A stretch of DNA of 64,000 bases from Calditrichia bacterium (GCA_963796965.1 CAWCNS010000011.1:160001-224000); one strand, 5' to 3'. Counted from the stretch's first letter, positions 1-11,835 are shown. Translations and numbers: made by a program. The notes: a model not told the origin generated them from the sequence alone.

Positions 1-130
1 GTAATCTCTGCGGGGATCTGCGAACGCTACATTTCTGCAATGAATAAAAAGACAAATTAAAGATATTTTATACATCTAGTTATATTTGAATAGTTTCTCT
101 TAAACGCGTGACAATTATCAGGAGTGTGAT

Positions 131-1126
131 ATGAAATTTTGGGCGATTATGCTTTTATCCATTCTATTTTTATCTCTATTTAATGCTTGCAACCAGAATT
201 CTGAGAATAATATCGTCATTTCTGTCATTCCTAAAGGTTCAACCCACATCTTCTGGCAATCAATACATGCCGGTGCCTTAAAAGCTGGCAATGAGCTAGG
301 TGTAGAGATTAGCTGGGTTGGCCCGGAGAAAGAAGATGATCGACAACAGCAAATAGCTCTAATCGATAACCAGGTTATGAAACAGGTATCTGGCATTGTG
401 CTGGCACCTATTGACAACATGGCGCTGCGGCGCCCCGTTCGCTCAGCAGTTGATCGCGGCGTTCCTGTTGTCATCATCGATTCAGATCTAAGAGATTCTG
501 AGGATGTTTACACCAGTTATATTGCGACGGACAACAGAGAGGGCGGGCGAATTGCCGGACGCGAATTATCTAAATTGCTAGGGGGAAAAGGGAAAGTTAT
601 CGTATTACGTGAATCGGAAGGTGCCGGTAGTACTCAGGCCCGTGCGAATGGATTTGTTGAAGCGGTCACAGAGAATTCAGACATTGAAGTGGTTATGAAT
701 GATCAGTATGTGGGGGTGACAAAAACCCTTGCCCAACAATCTTCAGAAAATATATTACTACGCTTTACCGATGCCTCTGGAGAGTTAACCATAGACGGTG
801 TATTTTGCCCAAATGAGGCGACCACCTATGGCATGTTACAGGCTTTAAGAAGGAAACGGATGACAAAGAAAATTCAATTCATTGGATTCGATAGTTCCGG
901 ACCGATTATTGAAGGTTTACAAAATGATGAGATTCAGGGGCTGGTTGTTCAGAATCCATTTAAGATGGGGTATTTTGGGGTAAAAACAATCGTTGAAAGT
1001 CTTAAAGGTAAAAAAGTGAATAAAAAGATGGATACCGGTGTCCTTCTGGTAAACAATAAAAACCTAAATCAACCGGAAATTCAAGATTTATTAAACCCGG
1101 ATTTAAAAAAGTGGTTGGGAGAATGA
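131..1126 (+). CDS. Sugar ABC transporter substrate-binding lipoprotein (RbsB/Peripla_BP_4 family)
   Basis: Lipobox-like FNAC; motifs IPKGSTHIFWQ, PVVIIDS, IATDNREGG, GLVVQNPFKMGY; SD AGGAG upstream. Confidence 0.9.
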   Translation: MKFWAIMLLSILFLSLFNACNQNSENNIVISVIPKGSTHIFWQSIHAGALKAGNELGVEISWVGPEKEDDRQQQIALIDNQVMKQVSGIVLAPIDNMALRRPVRSAVDRGVPVVIIDSDLRDSEDVYTSYIATDNREGGRIAGRELSKLLGGKGKVIVLRESEGAGSTQARANGFVEAVTENSDIEVVMNDQYVGVTKTLAQQSSENILLRFTDASGELTIDGVFCPNEATTYGMLQALRRKRMTKKIQFIGFDSSGPIIEGLQNDEIQGLVVQNPFKMGYFGVKTIVESLKGKKVNKKMDTGVLLVNNKNLNQPEIQDLLNPDLKKWLGE

Positions 1127-1127
1127 T

Positions 1128-1351
1128 AATAGAACGCTGATCTCCGCGGATAAATATTTTATATTTCTGGGTATTATACCACTGATAACATCATACTGAA
1201 CTTGGTTGAGCATCTTACTTCAGGCAGCTCGAGATCCGAAAACAAGTTCAATATGACTATGTTGGTTTATTATTTTTTAGAATGGATTTGTGGATAAAAA
1301 TTATAAAAGATCTGCGGAGTTCAGCGTTATCCGCGTCATCCGTGTTCTATT
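1128..1351. repeat. Intergenic inverted-repeat element (AATAGAACGC...GTGTTCTATT) with a nested palindrome at 1191-1256
   Basis: Inverted ends visible; related end copy near 11747-11788. Confidence 0.6.
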
Positions 1352-1516
1352 TAAACACCTTAGTCATAGTATACATTTTACAATAAATTGAATATTCTTT
1401 AAATTAATCTGTATATATCTCTAAATTACTTGATTAGAAATTTTCTATATTTGTGATGCGTTGCTTAAATCAAATAATCCTGTGATAGTTATTATAAATT
1501 GGAGGGGAAATCAATT

Positions 1517-2128
1517 ATGAAAAAAGGTTGTCTTATTGCACTCGTTGTTGGCGTTGTTCTTATCATCATCGTCGGAATTAGTTTATACTCTTATGTTAAG
1601 GGTACCTACAATGGTATGGTTACAATGGAAGAGAATGTTACCCAAAAATGGGCTCAGGTTGAGAATGTTTACCAACGCAGGGCTGATCTTATTCCTAATC
1701 TAGTAGAAGTGGTAAAAGGCTATGCCAGCCATGAAAGAGAGACGCTCGAAGCCGTGGTACAGGCCCGTTCAAAAGTAGGTGGGCAAGTAAATATCGGCCC
1801 GGAAGTGTTAAATAATCCGGAAGCATTTGCTCAGTTTCAACAAAGCCAGGGTGCTTTGACTTCTGCCCTGCAACGATTAATGGTTGTAGTGGAGAGATAT
1901 CCCGAGCTAAAAGCAGATCAACGATTTGCTGATTTACAGGTTCAGTTGGAAGGTACAGAGAATCGTATTGCCGTAGAACGGGGCCGGTTTAACGAAGCGG
2001 TGCAGGCCTTTAATACCAATATTAGGGTTTTTCCTGCCAATATTGTTGCCGGATTCTTTGGCTTCCAGCAGAAGGTTTATTTTAAATCCGATGCCGGTGC
2101 GGAAAAAGTGCCGGAAGTTAAGTTTTAG
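1517..2128 (+). CDS. lemA: LemA family protein
   Basis: N-terminal TM, QRRADLIPNLV, ERYPELKA, LEGTENRIAVER; start moved to the ATG after SD GGAGGG. Confidence 0.95.
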   Translation: MKKGCLIALVVGVVLIIIVGISLYSYVKGTYNGMVTMEENVTQKWAQVENVYQRRADLIPNLVEVVKGYASHERETLEAVVQARSKVGGQVNIGPEVLNNPEAFAQFQQSQGALTSALQRLMVVVERYPELKADQRFADLQVQLEGTENRIAVERGRFNEAVQAFNTNIRVFPANIVAGFFGFQQKVYFKSDAGAEKVPEVKF

Positions 2129-2368
2129 TCTCACACAGCGACGCGACGACGCAGCGAAAAATTATTAGAACCATTTTGTCATCCTGCAAGGATCTTCTAA
2201 TGTGTAGGATCGAACTCTTATGTAGGAAGATTCCTTTCCCGAAGCGCGATCCCGTTCCGGGACTGAATGACAACTAGATATATTTGAGTTAAGAATTAAT
2301 GCAAATCATATTCTTCCTCTTTTTAAGTATCAATATAAAATCGCCTCCGCGTTACATCGCTGCGAAAA
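2128..2368. repeat. Intergenic degenerate inverted-repeat element enclosing a TTGTCAT...ATGACAA element (2176-2273)
   Basis: CGCAGCGA-type and TCGCTGCG-type inverted ends; inner 7-bp terminal inverted repeat. Confidence 0.55.
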
Positions 2369-2404
2369 ATTAATTATTGACTAATATAGAAACTGGAGTA
2401 TGTG

Positions 2405-3166
2405 ATGAAATCTTTTTTAAATATAATCGTTCTACTTTGCATCATATCCTCGCTTTCTTTTAGTCAAGAAGCAATGCCAGAGAAGCCAGATTCCTGGGTA
2501 AATGATTATGCCGGGATATTATCTGCTGGTCAGAAATCTGAGTTGGATGGTATGCTTTCCGGATTGGAAAAACGTTCCTCAAATCAGATATTCATTGCCA
2601 TATTTCAGAAGATGCCTGAGAACACCTATCTGGAAGATTATGCTGTGAAGTTGTATGAAAAATGGGGACCGGGATTAGCGGATCAGGATAATGGCGTTTT
2701 GGTTCTGCTATTCATTGATGACCGGGAAGTGCGAATCGAGGTTGGGTACGGTTTAGAAGATGTCATTACGGATGCACAGTCCGGATCGGTGATCCGCAAT
2801 AATATGGCCCCCTTCTTCAGAAATGGAGAATATTTTCTTGGTTTGAGATCGGCCCTTGAAGTTCTCATTCCTGCTGCTGAGGGGAAATATCAGATCCCAA
2901 TAGAGGAAAAAGGACAGAAACGCAAAAAAACACCGTTCAGCACCTATATCACCCTCTTTATAATTTTCATGGTACTCTCGCGTATCTTCGGACGCCGACG
3001 CTATAGTAGTTACGGATCCAAGGGTCGTTCGAGTGGTTATGGGGGTCCGATTATGTGGGGCGGTTTTGGCGGCGGAAGATCTGGTGGTGGATTCGGCGGC
3101 GGTGGTGGCTTTGGTGGTGGTTTTGGTGGTATGTCTGGTGGAGGTGGAGCCAGCGGAAGCTGGTAA
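2405..3166 (+). CDS. TPM domain protein (YgcG-like) with Gly-rich tail
   Basis: VNDYAGIL, DNGVLVL, RIEVGYGLE, C-terminal GGGGASGSW; follows lemA. Confidence 0.93.
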   Translation: MKSFLNIIVLLCIISSLSFSQEAMPEKPDSWVNDYAGILSAGQKSELDGMLSGLEKRSSNQIFIAIFQKMPENTYLEDYAVKLYEKWGPGLADQDNGVLVLLFIDDREVRIEVGYGLEDVITDAQSGSVIRNNMAPFFRNGEYFLGLRSALEVLIPAAEGKYQIPIEEKGQKRKKTPFSTYITLFIIFMVLSRIFGRRRYSSYGSKGRSSGYGGPIMWGGFGGGRSGGGFGGGGGFGGGFGGMSGGGGASGSW

Positions 3167-3322
3167 GTTAAATTCGGAACTCGGAATTCGGATTTTAGAT
3201 TCTGAATACAGGATACTTGCCTCTCGTAACTCGTGTCTTGCTTCTCGCATCTTGCGTTTAACGGTTCAATTTTCACATTTGACGTTTCACCATAAATATT
3301 TGACTAAAAAACGGAAAACAAT

Positions 3323-3760
3323 ATGGGCGTAGCCAATTTTTTCAATAAAGAAGAAAAAGATAAGATTATACAATCGATAAAAGATGCGGAATTAGCCACT
3401 TCCGGTGAGATTCGATTGCACATGGAATCCCGGTGTAAGGGAGAACCTTTGGATCGTGCTGTTGAGATGTTCGCTAAACTAAAAATGCATGATACCCAAT
3501 TGCGTAATGGCACGCTTATCTATCTTGCAGTAAAAGATCGTAAATTTGCCATCTTTGGCGATAAAGGCATAAATGAGATCGTCCCAGACAATTTTTGGGA
3601 GGAAGCCAAAGAAGAAATGCGTGGTTTTTTTGCCAAAAACGAATTTCAACAAGGGATCTCCCGCGGTATTTATCTGGTCGGAGAGAAGTTAAAAGAATTT
3701 TTTCCGTACCAGGATGATGATGTGAATGAATTGCCGGATGAGATTTCGATTGGTAATTAG
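3323..3760 (+). CDS. TPM domain protein (DUF477-like)
   Basis: AELATSGEIR, RNGTLIYLA, GDKGI, NELPDEI; typical third gene of lemA operons. Confidence 0.9.
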   Translation: MGVANFFNKEEKDKIIQSIKDAELATSGEIRLHMESRCKGEPLDRAVEMFAKLKMHDTQLRNGTLIYLAVKDRKFAIFGDKGINEIVPDNFWEEAKEEMRGFFAKNEFQQGISRGIYLVGEKLKEFFPYQDDDVNELPDEISIGN

Positions 3761-4257
3761 GAATTTGGAATTGTGGATTGATAGATTAATACGTGCTGTA
3801 TTTCACATCCTAATTTCTAAATCCTAAACAAATTCTAATCTCAAAATTTCAATACCCAATCTATATCCAATTCCTAATTCCACTTATCCCTTCTTGCATT
3901 TTAATTCATGTATCCTCCTCTTATTGGTCCATTGCAATTTACACTATTCGCTATTCATATTGAGCGGGGTGAGAAACTGCAGATATTTGTTTTAACTCCC
4001 TTCTTGTAAAAATTCGTAAAGTTCTCTTATATTATAATTGATTTTAAAAGACTTTTTTCAGTCGAAAAATTCATATATACTTATATCTGACTCAAGATCC
4101 GTTAAGCTTGTAGGTTAGATATCAAAAAACAACGCTAACAAATCGATAAAATACTTGCATTTCTGCAATAGATTCAATATCTATAATTAAATCTTACCAT
4201 TACTTCAGAGTAATCCAAATACAATAGAATATATCATTTTAACACTTATGGCAGATA

Positions 4258-6161
4258 ATGAATAGGAGAAATGCAATGGTTTCCCGTCAAGGAATCTTTT
4301 CGTTCTATATGTTTATTATTATTTTGATTCTTTCAAATCAATCTCTTTTTAGCCAGTCTTCGTATAATCTCACTAATAGTGGGGGGACCTCGTTGTTTTA
4401 TGTGAAAAATGATGGAAAGATAGGTATAGGCACTGTAGTCCCAGTAGAAATATTGGATGTAAGCGGTGCTATTAAAATCGGTACAACATCGACTGCCAAT
4501 TCCGGTACAATCCGCTGGACCGGTACAGATTTCGAGGGTTATAATGGCAGTAGCTGGAGTTCTTTAACCTCAGGAAGCAGTGGCAGTGATGGCGACTGGA
4601 CGATTTCCGGTAGTAATATTTTCTCTACAGTTTCCGGAAATGTGGGTATTGGTATTTCAATCCCGTCCTATAAACTAGAAGTTCTTCAAACTGGAACTGC
4701 ACGAGCAGGATATCTTCGAATTGATAATACCAATAATTCAGATTACGCATTTTTTGCTGAGACTAACAGTTCTATGAACGGAAGTGCTATTGGCGGCTAT
4801 AATTCATTCTCTGGTTCTACCGCACAAATTGCCGGGTATTATGGTATCTATGGGTATTCATCTAATGGAAATGGTGTCTATGGCTATTCATCTAACACCT
4901 ACGGTGTCAATGGTTATAGCGCTTCAAGACTATGGCATTTATGGCAGGAGCTCAAATACTTTTGGTGTTTATGGGAGGAGCACATCAACAGGATCTGCTG
5001 GAGTTTATGGTTTCCAAGCCAACCGCCAGAACTATGGTTATTTAGGTGGGTATGGCGAGGGCGTTTATGGCCGTGGTAACAATGGAATTGGTGTATATGG
5101 GAATAGTACAAGTAGTCAAGGAATCTATGGATCCAGTTCAAGTTCCTACGGAGTATATGGTTATAGTAGTAATTATCGTGGTGTGCAAGGCTATCACAGT
5201 AGTGGAAATTATGCTTTTCTAGGGAACTCTAGTTATGGTGTGTACGCAATAAATAATTCGGGGGGCTCAAATGGAGCCCTGGCTATGAGTACCACTGGCG
5301 TCTATGGTTATCATGGCTCCGGGACTGGAATAAGGGGAACTTCAGGTTCAGGTATTTCAGTTGAAGGAGATTATGTATAGTACGGGTATTGCAGGAAAAT
5401 TTACTATTGATAATACATCGAGTACAAGTGATGCTTTATATGTTTCAACTAATGGAACAGGTAGAGCAGCTTACCTTGGTGGAAATGTTGATGTTACGGG
5501 AACACTTAGCAAAGGTAGCGGTTCATTCAAGATAGATCACCCGCTTGACCCGGAGAATAAATATTTATATCATTCCTTCGTAGAATCTCCAGATATGATG
5601 AACGTGTATAATGGAAATGTAATTTTAGATGCTAGTGGTGCAGCTGTAGTGCAGCTGCCAGAATGGTTTGATGCGCTTAATAAAGATTACCGTTATCAAC
5701 TCACTGCCATAGGTGCTCCAGCACCGAATTTGCATATCGCCGAAAAAATAAACAACAATCGGTTCAGGCTTGCCGGAGGAGAACCGGGAACGGAGGTATC
5801 CTGGCAAGTAACTGGCATCCGACAGGATGCCTATGCGAATAAAAACCGTATCAAGGTTGAGGTAGAAAAGTCTGAAAATGATCGTGGAAAATATTTGCAT
5901 CCTAATGCATTTGGGCTTCCTGAAACAGTTAATATAAATTATGAGTCAACCCAAAAACACAAAGAGGAAGAACAAAGACTTGAAAAGGAGAGAGTTGAAA
6001 TGAAGCAGGATGTTGAGAAAATGAATCAAGAAATCCAACAGAGGGAACTTGAAAGACAAAGAATGGATCAAGAGATGGAGCAGGCCCGACAAAAAGATGA
6101 GGTATTTGAAAAAGAACGCGAGAAAATCGATGCTAAACGACAGAATCAGATAATAAAATGA
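4258..6161 (+). CDS. Exported fibre/adhesin-like protein: GxxGIG repeats, YGVYGxS repeats, FKIDHPLDP domain, C-terminal coiled coil (frameshifts near 4925 and 5378)
   Basis: ORFs 4258..5079, 4784..5380 and 5361..6161 join into one continuous repeat protein. Confidence 0.7.
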
Positions 6162-6197
6162 TTTTTATTATACAACTCAACATTACAGGTAAAAATA

Positions 6198-7709
6198 ATG
6201 CATTATAAGAAAAAAGCATTTTCTAATAATGATGAGGGTATACCCCAATCAGCGTTGCATAAAATTCTAATATTTACATTATTTTTGTTCGTAGAACTAT
6301 CGACTCTTCATGCTCAGGTTAACATGAACATATCAAATGAAAACACAGTTACAATAAGCGAAGATATGCGGTTATATATCAGTGGAAATTGGATTAATAA
6401 TGGTACGTTTATCGCTGGGAGTAGCACGGTATATTTTAATGGAACGGATACGCAGACCATTGACCATACCTCGAATGAGTCTTATAATAATATGACCATA
6501 GATAAATCTGCAGGATCTGTACAACTCGATTGTAGTGTAGAGATTTTAGGCGCGATATCCTTAGCCACCGGTAAAGTAACCAGTTCTTCATCTAATCCGT
6601 TAATTATTTCATCATCAGGCAGTGTAAATGGAGGTGGTGAAAACGAGCTTTGTCGACGGTCCTATGATACATACTTTTGCATCCTCATCCAGCATTGAAA
6701 AGGTATTTCCGATTGGAAAAGGAAGTACTTATCGCCCATTATCTTTAACTATCACCCATGATGTAAGCACAGAAACCCAATATACCGCTGAAGTTTTTAA
6801 TCAAGAACCGTCAACCAGAAATCTACCCTCGGGCATTAATAAAGTTTCTTCTGTTCGTTATTTTAATGTGAGTAAGAGTAGTGGAGCAAATACCACAGCA
6901 GCCTATATCACCCTAAATTATGGTGAAGATGATGGTGTATCAGATCCTGTGAATTTAAGAATTCTGAAAGATGATGGTGCCGGGAATTGGATCAATCTAG
7001 CCGGAGAGGGTACTGATATTGGTTCGGGATCAATTAGCTCAACCACAGATTTTACATCCTTTAGCGATTTTGCGCTTGGAAATGCTTCTGATGGTGACAA
7101 TTCTTTACCTGTTCAACTTGTTAATTTTGAAGGTGCAGTTGTAAAAAATGTTGCCACCTTAACATGGGCAACTGAATCTGAATTGGAAAACCTGGGTTTT
7201 GAAATATACCGCTCATCTCAAAAATTCGGTGATTATCACTTGATCAGCAGCTGATATTAATAATCCAAATCTTATTGGACAGGGAAATTCATCTCTGAGG
7301 CAGACTTATCTTTTTACTGACCTTAGTGCGACACGAGGAGATACCTTATGGTATAAACTTGCTGACGTTAACCTTGACGGGACCTCAACATTCCATAATA
7401 CCGTTGCGGTCAATTCCCGGCATATTGTTATTGATTTCCATATTAATCAGAATTACCCCAATCCGTTTAATCTTTATAACAACAATAAGTTATGATATGC
7501 CTAAAGCAACAGGTATTGATCTTACTATATATAATGCGATAGGTCAAAAAGTACGTACTTTGGTTTCAGGTTATGCAGAAGCCGGTAAACATAAGATACA
7601 ATGGGATGCGCGTGATGATAAAGGATATGAAATGGCCAGTGGCGTTTATATCTATCGATTTTCAACCAAAGAATTTAGCAAAACAGGGAAGATGATTCTT
7701 ATGAAATAG
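6198..7709 (+). CDS. Secreted protein with T9SS type A-like/FlgD-Ig C-terminal domain (frameshifts near 6640, 7253, 7475)
   Basis: LPVQLVNF...WATESELENLGFEIYRS, then QNYPNPFN...SGVYIYRF...KMILMK after frame correction. Confidence 0.75.
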
Positions 7710-7912
7710 TATCATATGATACTAACTATAAATAAGGAAAATTTTCCTAAACGTAAATAATCAAATAACAAAAGTAAAAATTATGAGTTCCCGCCTACTG
7801 TCTGCGTCTCCCAGTTTCCAAATTATTCCCCATCTCCAGGTCCCATTGTATCTTACCCTCCGATTTTGTATGTTTAAACGAATTTATTTCCTCAATTTCT
7901 AAACCGGCGAAC

Positions 7913-10208
7913 ATGTCCAAACACAATAAAAAGACTAATGGCACTCAGGAGCCTACTTTTGCCCGTGATCTTGGGTTATTTGATGCCACGATGATCGGTG
8001 TCGGCGCTATGATCGGGGCTGGAATCTTTGTCCTTACCGGCATTGCCGCCGGTGAAGCCGGACCTGCTTCAATACTGGCATTTGGACTAAATGGTGTCGT
8101 CACCCTCCTTACTGCCTTCGCTTATGCAGAGCTTGCCTCGGCGATCCCCCGCGCTGGTGGTGGCTATTCGTTTGTTCGGATGGCTTTTCCTGGTGCAACC
8201 GGATTCATTGCCGGGTGGATGCTCTGGTTTGCTTATACGGTCGCTTGCAGTCTCTACGCCCTCGGATTCGCCGGCTATTTCTGGGAGTTTTTCCTAAAAT
8301 ATTTTCCTCAAGTTGCTTCTCTGGCCATGGGAGTGGCCAGTGAGCATTCGGCCCTTCTCATCATTACAGTTTTAATTGGATCACTTTTTGTCTGGCTCAA
8401 CGTGCGTGGAGCAGAGGTGACTGGAAAGACAGAAAATATTTTAACTGTTTCAAAACTTATTATTCTTTGTATTTTTATTTTCTTTGGGATCAAACAAATA
8501 TTTTTTCAATCCGATCCAATTACCACAAATCTTACCCCATTTTTCCCAAAGGGCTTTGGTGGCGTTCTTCTGGCCATGGGTCTCACTTTTATAGCCTTCG
8601 AAGGTTACGATCTGATCGCCACCGTCGCCGAAGAGATCAAAGAACCTGAAAAGAATATCCCTCGTGCCACATTTATTGCCCTGAGTATGACCGTGGTTAT
8701 CTACCTGTTAATATTATTTGTATCTCTCGTCGCCATTGATAGTGCTAATGAACCAAGCTGGCAGTTTTTAGGAAAATTTAAAGAAACCGCCATTGTCCGC
8801 GCTGCAGAAAATTTTATGCCCGCCATTGGTGTGCTGGTTATTGTTTTCGGTGGATTGTTATCCACCATGTCTGCTCTCAATGCAACGGTCATGGCTGCTT
8901 CCCGCGTATCCTTTTCAATGGGACGGGATCTATTACTGCCCAAAAAAATGTCAGAAATTCACCGGGAACGGCGGACGCCCTATATCGCAATCATAACGAC
9001 AGGTTTTATTTTACTGATTATGGCCATAACGCTTCCAATTGAAGCAGTTGGTTCAGCGGCCAGTCTTATCTTTTTACTAACCTTTGCCCTGGTTAATCTT
9101 TCTGTTATTGTCCTGAGACGTAAATATCCGGAGATCCCCCGAAGATATAAGGTACCCCTCTATCCGGTTATTCCGGTTGCCGGTTTTCTCCTTAACATCT
9201 TCCTTGCTCTTTATCAGTTTAATTTCCAACCAATAGCCTGGTACGTTACAATTGCCTGGATTGCCATCGGACTACTTATTTACTATGCCGTATTTGAAAA
9301 AAGGGCCTCCGTTCTGGAACCACAGGTATTATTACCAGGGAATCTAAATACTATTCCTGAAGAGGAGCCTTCAATTGTTGTTGCCCTTTATAATCCTGAT
9401 CATGTTAACACATTAATTGACTTTGCGTACCCGGTTGCCCGGGAACGCAACACCAGGTTGATTGCAATTTGTGTGGTTACCGTTCCCCGGCAGATACCCA
9501 TTCATGAAGGTTTGCGTTTTGCCCATCACAAAGAAGCCATCCTCGCCAAGGCAAAAAAATATGCCGGAGAGATTGGTGTAGATCTCCAAACTGAAATCAT
9601 CATAGCCCATAATGCCTCCGATGGGATACTCACCGCGGCCGAGAAGCATCATGCTTCTGTGTTGGTCATGGGATGGAAAGGTTTCACCAACGCCACGGGA
9701 TCGTATTTTTGGTGAAATAGCAGATCGAATCATTCGTTATGCGCCCTGTGATTTAATGGTCTTAAAAATTGAGAATGGTGGTATAATTAAAAATTGCTTG
9801 TTACCGACTGCCGGTGGGCCTAATGCTCTGCTTGCCTCCTGCATTCTAAATACCGTGGCCAGTGAAAACAAGTTTTCTGTGACGGGTGGTTTTATCCTAC
9901 CAGAGACCTTTAATGAAGAAGATGAAGCGTTTGCTTTTCAGAAGATTGAAGAAACATTGGAATGTTTGGAATCATCTATAAATACTAAAAAAAGGTTAAT
10001 CAGCTCAAAATCAATTGCAGGTGGTATTGCCAAAACCAGCCGGGAATATGATTTGGTGGTTATCGGTGCTGCAAAAGAACCCTTTTTTCGAAAGATGCTC
10101 TTTGGTGAAATCCCTGAGAAAGTTGCCCGATACTCACCGACTTCGGTTCTGGTAGTTAAAAAATACGAAGGGGTTGTGAAGAATACATTGAAGAAAATTT
10201 TAGGGTAA
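7913..10208 (+). CDS. APC-family amino acid permease fused to two universal stress protein domains (frameshift near 9694)
   Basis: IGAGIF, AGGGYSF, AFEGYD, AEEIKEP; USP motifs VMGW..IFGE..APCD and FGEIPEKVAR. Confidence 0.88.
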
Positions 10209-10324
10209 ATGAGTAAAGAAAAACCACAAAGGACACTAAGAAGGCACGAATAGCAGGAAGATTTAAGCAGATGTAGTCCATCTTGAAGATGGACTACATC
10301 TCTATAATATTTTTTAGGATATCC

Positions 10325-11503
10325 ATGCAAAAACAAATTTATCTCGTCATTTTTTCATTGCTCCTGGTATTAGATTGCCTTGCTCAGAGAACAATATCTG
10401 TATTGTATTTTGAGAATACCAAAGAAGATCCCGAGTATCAGTGGCTGCATAAAGGCCTCGCCGATATGTTAATTACAGATCTTGCTGGTACCCCTGGGAT
10501 TCATATCGTAGAGCGTGAAGCGCTGGAAAAAATACTAAATGAGCAAGCCCTCAGTTTAAGCGGTTTGATGGAGGATCACCCGGCTATTGAAGTGGGAAAA
10601 TTGCTTCAGGCTGAGATACTTCTCTACGGCGCTTATATCATCCATGATGATGAAATTCGTATTGATCTCAGAATTGCAGAAGTAACCAGTGGACAAATCA
10701 TCCATGGTTTTGAGGTACAAGGCGAGGTCGATGATCTTTTTGATCTGGAAGTGAATATAGTCAAACAGATAAAAGAAAAACTAAAACTCAAACCTCAACA
10801 GATTCCCAGAGCAGCAGACACCAAATCAGTTAAAGCATTAGCACGTTTTTATACAGGTTTGGATTATCTCGATAATAAACGCTACGAAGAGGCCCAGGTA
10901 CAGTTTAATATGGCTAAAGAACTGGATCCGCTTTTTTACCGTGCGCAGGAAAGTCTGGCAGAATCCTATAAATTTCTAAAAGCCTTTAAGGAATACAGAC
11001 AACAACGGGAAATTGCTGAACTCTATTCAAAAATTAAGATTTTACAAGAAAGAATTGATGCTCCCGATTGGCTTTCCTTTTCCGATATCGTCCAATCACC
11101 CCAATATCAGGCCATGAGTATCGAAGAACAGCAGGCTTTTAATGCCTCACATAACGAATATCTGATTTGTCAAACCCGGGCACAATGTACCTGGCATATG
11201 ATGATCACATTTTATGAAATTGGCAATAAATATGGTCAGTATTACAACGATACGACCCAACAAAACGCTTTCTTTCAGAGGATTGTTGAAACGGGAAATA
11301 AATCCAAAGAGACCTATGCGACAGATCCCTTTCTTCCTGAGATCCTCTACTTCCGTCTGGTAGCTCTGTATAGCCTCAAAGAATATGATCAATTGAAATC
11401 ATCCGCTGAAGAATTTATGGTTACCTATCCGGATTTTCGAATGGTTGAAACGGTTGAGGATTATTATCAGAAAGCGTTGGAGGCGCACACGAAGAAGCAG
11501 TGA
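10325..11503 (+). CDS. Exported CsgG/HfaB-like domain plus TPR protein
   Basis: Signal peptide; SVLYFEN, GLADMLITDL, VERxxLEKILNEQALS; helical TPR-like C-terminal half. Confidence 0.75.
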   Translation: MQKQIYLVIFSLLLVLDCLAQRTISVLYFENTKEDPEYQWLHKGLADMLITDLAGTPGIHIVEREALEKILNEQALSLSGLMEDHPAIEVGKLLQAEILLYGAYIIHDDEIRIDLRIAEVTSGQIIHGFEVQGEVDDLFDLEVNIVKQIKEKLKLKPQQIPRAADTKSVKALARFYTGLDYLDNKRYEEAQVQFNMAKELDPLFYRAQESLAESYKFLKAFKEYRQQREIAELYSKIKILQERIDAPDWLSFSDIVQSPQYQAMSIEEQQAFNASHNEYLICQTRAQCTWHMMITFYEIGNKYGQYYNDTTQQNAFFQRIVETGNKSKETYATDPFLPEILYFRLVALYSLKEYDQLKSSAEEFMVTYPDFRMVETVEDYYQKALEAHTKKQ

Positions 11504-11804
11504 AGAGTTGAGAGTAGAGCGTAGAGAGAAAAAGAGAAGAGCGAGGAAAGTTGAGAGTCAAGATTGTAGGGGCGATCCCGGGGTGTAAATCAATGTTCAT
11601 GCAGCATCAGACCCATGTGTCTGGCCTATCCAATAACACCAAAAATTAATTTTCAAACATTTTAAATATCAGGGAAAGTAATTAGGGAAAAAATAATTCG
11701 TGAAATTCGTATTAATTTGTGTAATTCGTGGTAGATTTTGTAACTAAATCCGCGGAAATCCGTTTTATCAGCGTCATCAGCGTTCTATAAACATTACCAT
11801 ATAC

Positions 11805-11835
11805 AAAAAAACCCCGGCTATTGCTAACCGGGGTT
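11805..11835 (-). terminator. Intrinsic terminator of the csp gene
   Basis: AACCCCGG...CCGGGGTT hairpin followed by a U-tract on the minus strand, about 20 nt after the stop. Confidence 0.85.

Noticed and set aside
2753..3332. Alternative ORFs over the Gly-rich TPM tail, and the many other 60-130 aa overlapping ORFs in the track
   Set aside because: Shadow frames of well-supported genes or of repeats, with no motifs
4258..6161. Prophage tail fibre, DGR target or programmed frameshifting
   Set aside because: Has a signal peptide; no phage or reverse transcriptase genes, no template repeat and no slippery heptamer seen
7252..7254. TGA as selenocysteine in the CTD protein
   Set aside because: TAA follows two codons later; the protein continues in another frame after removing one base
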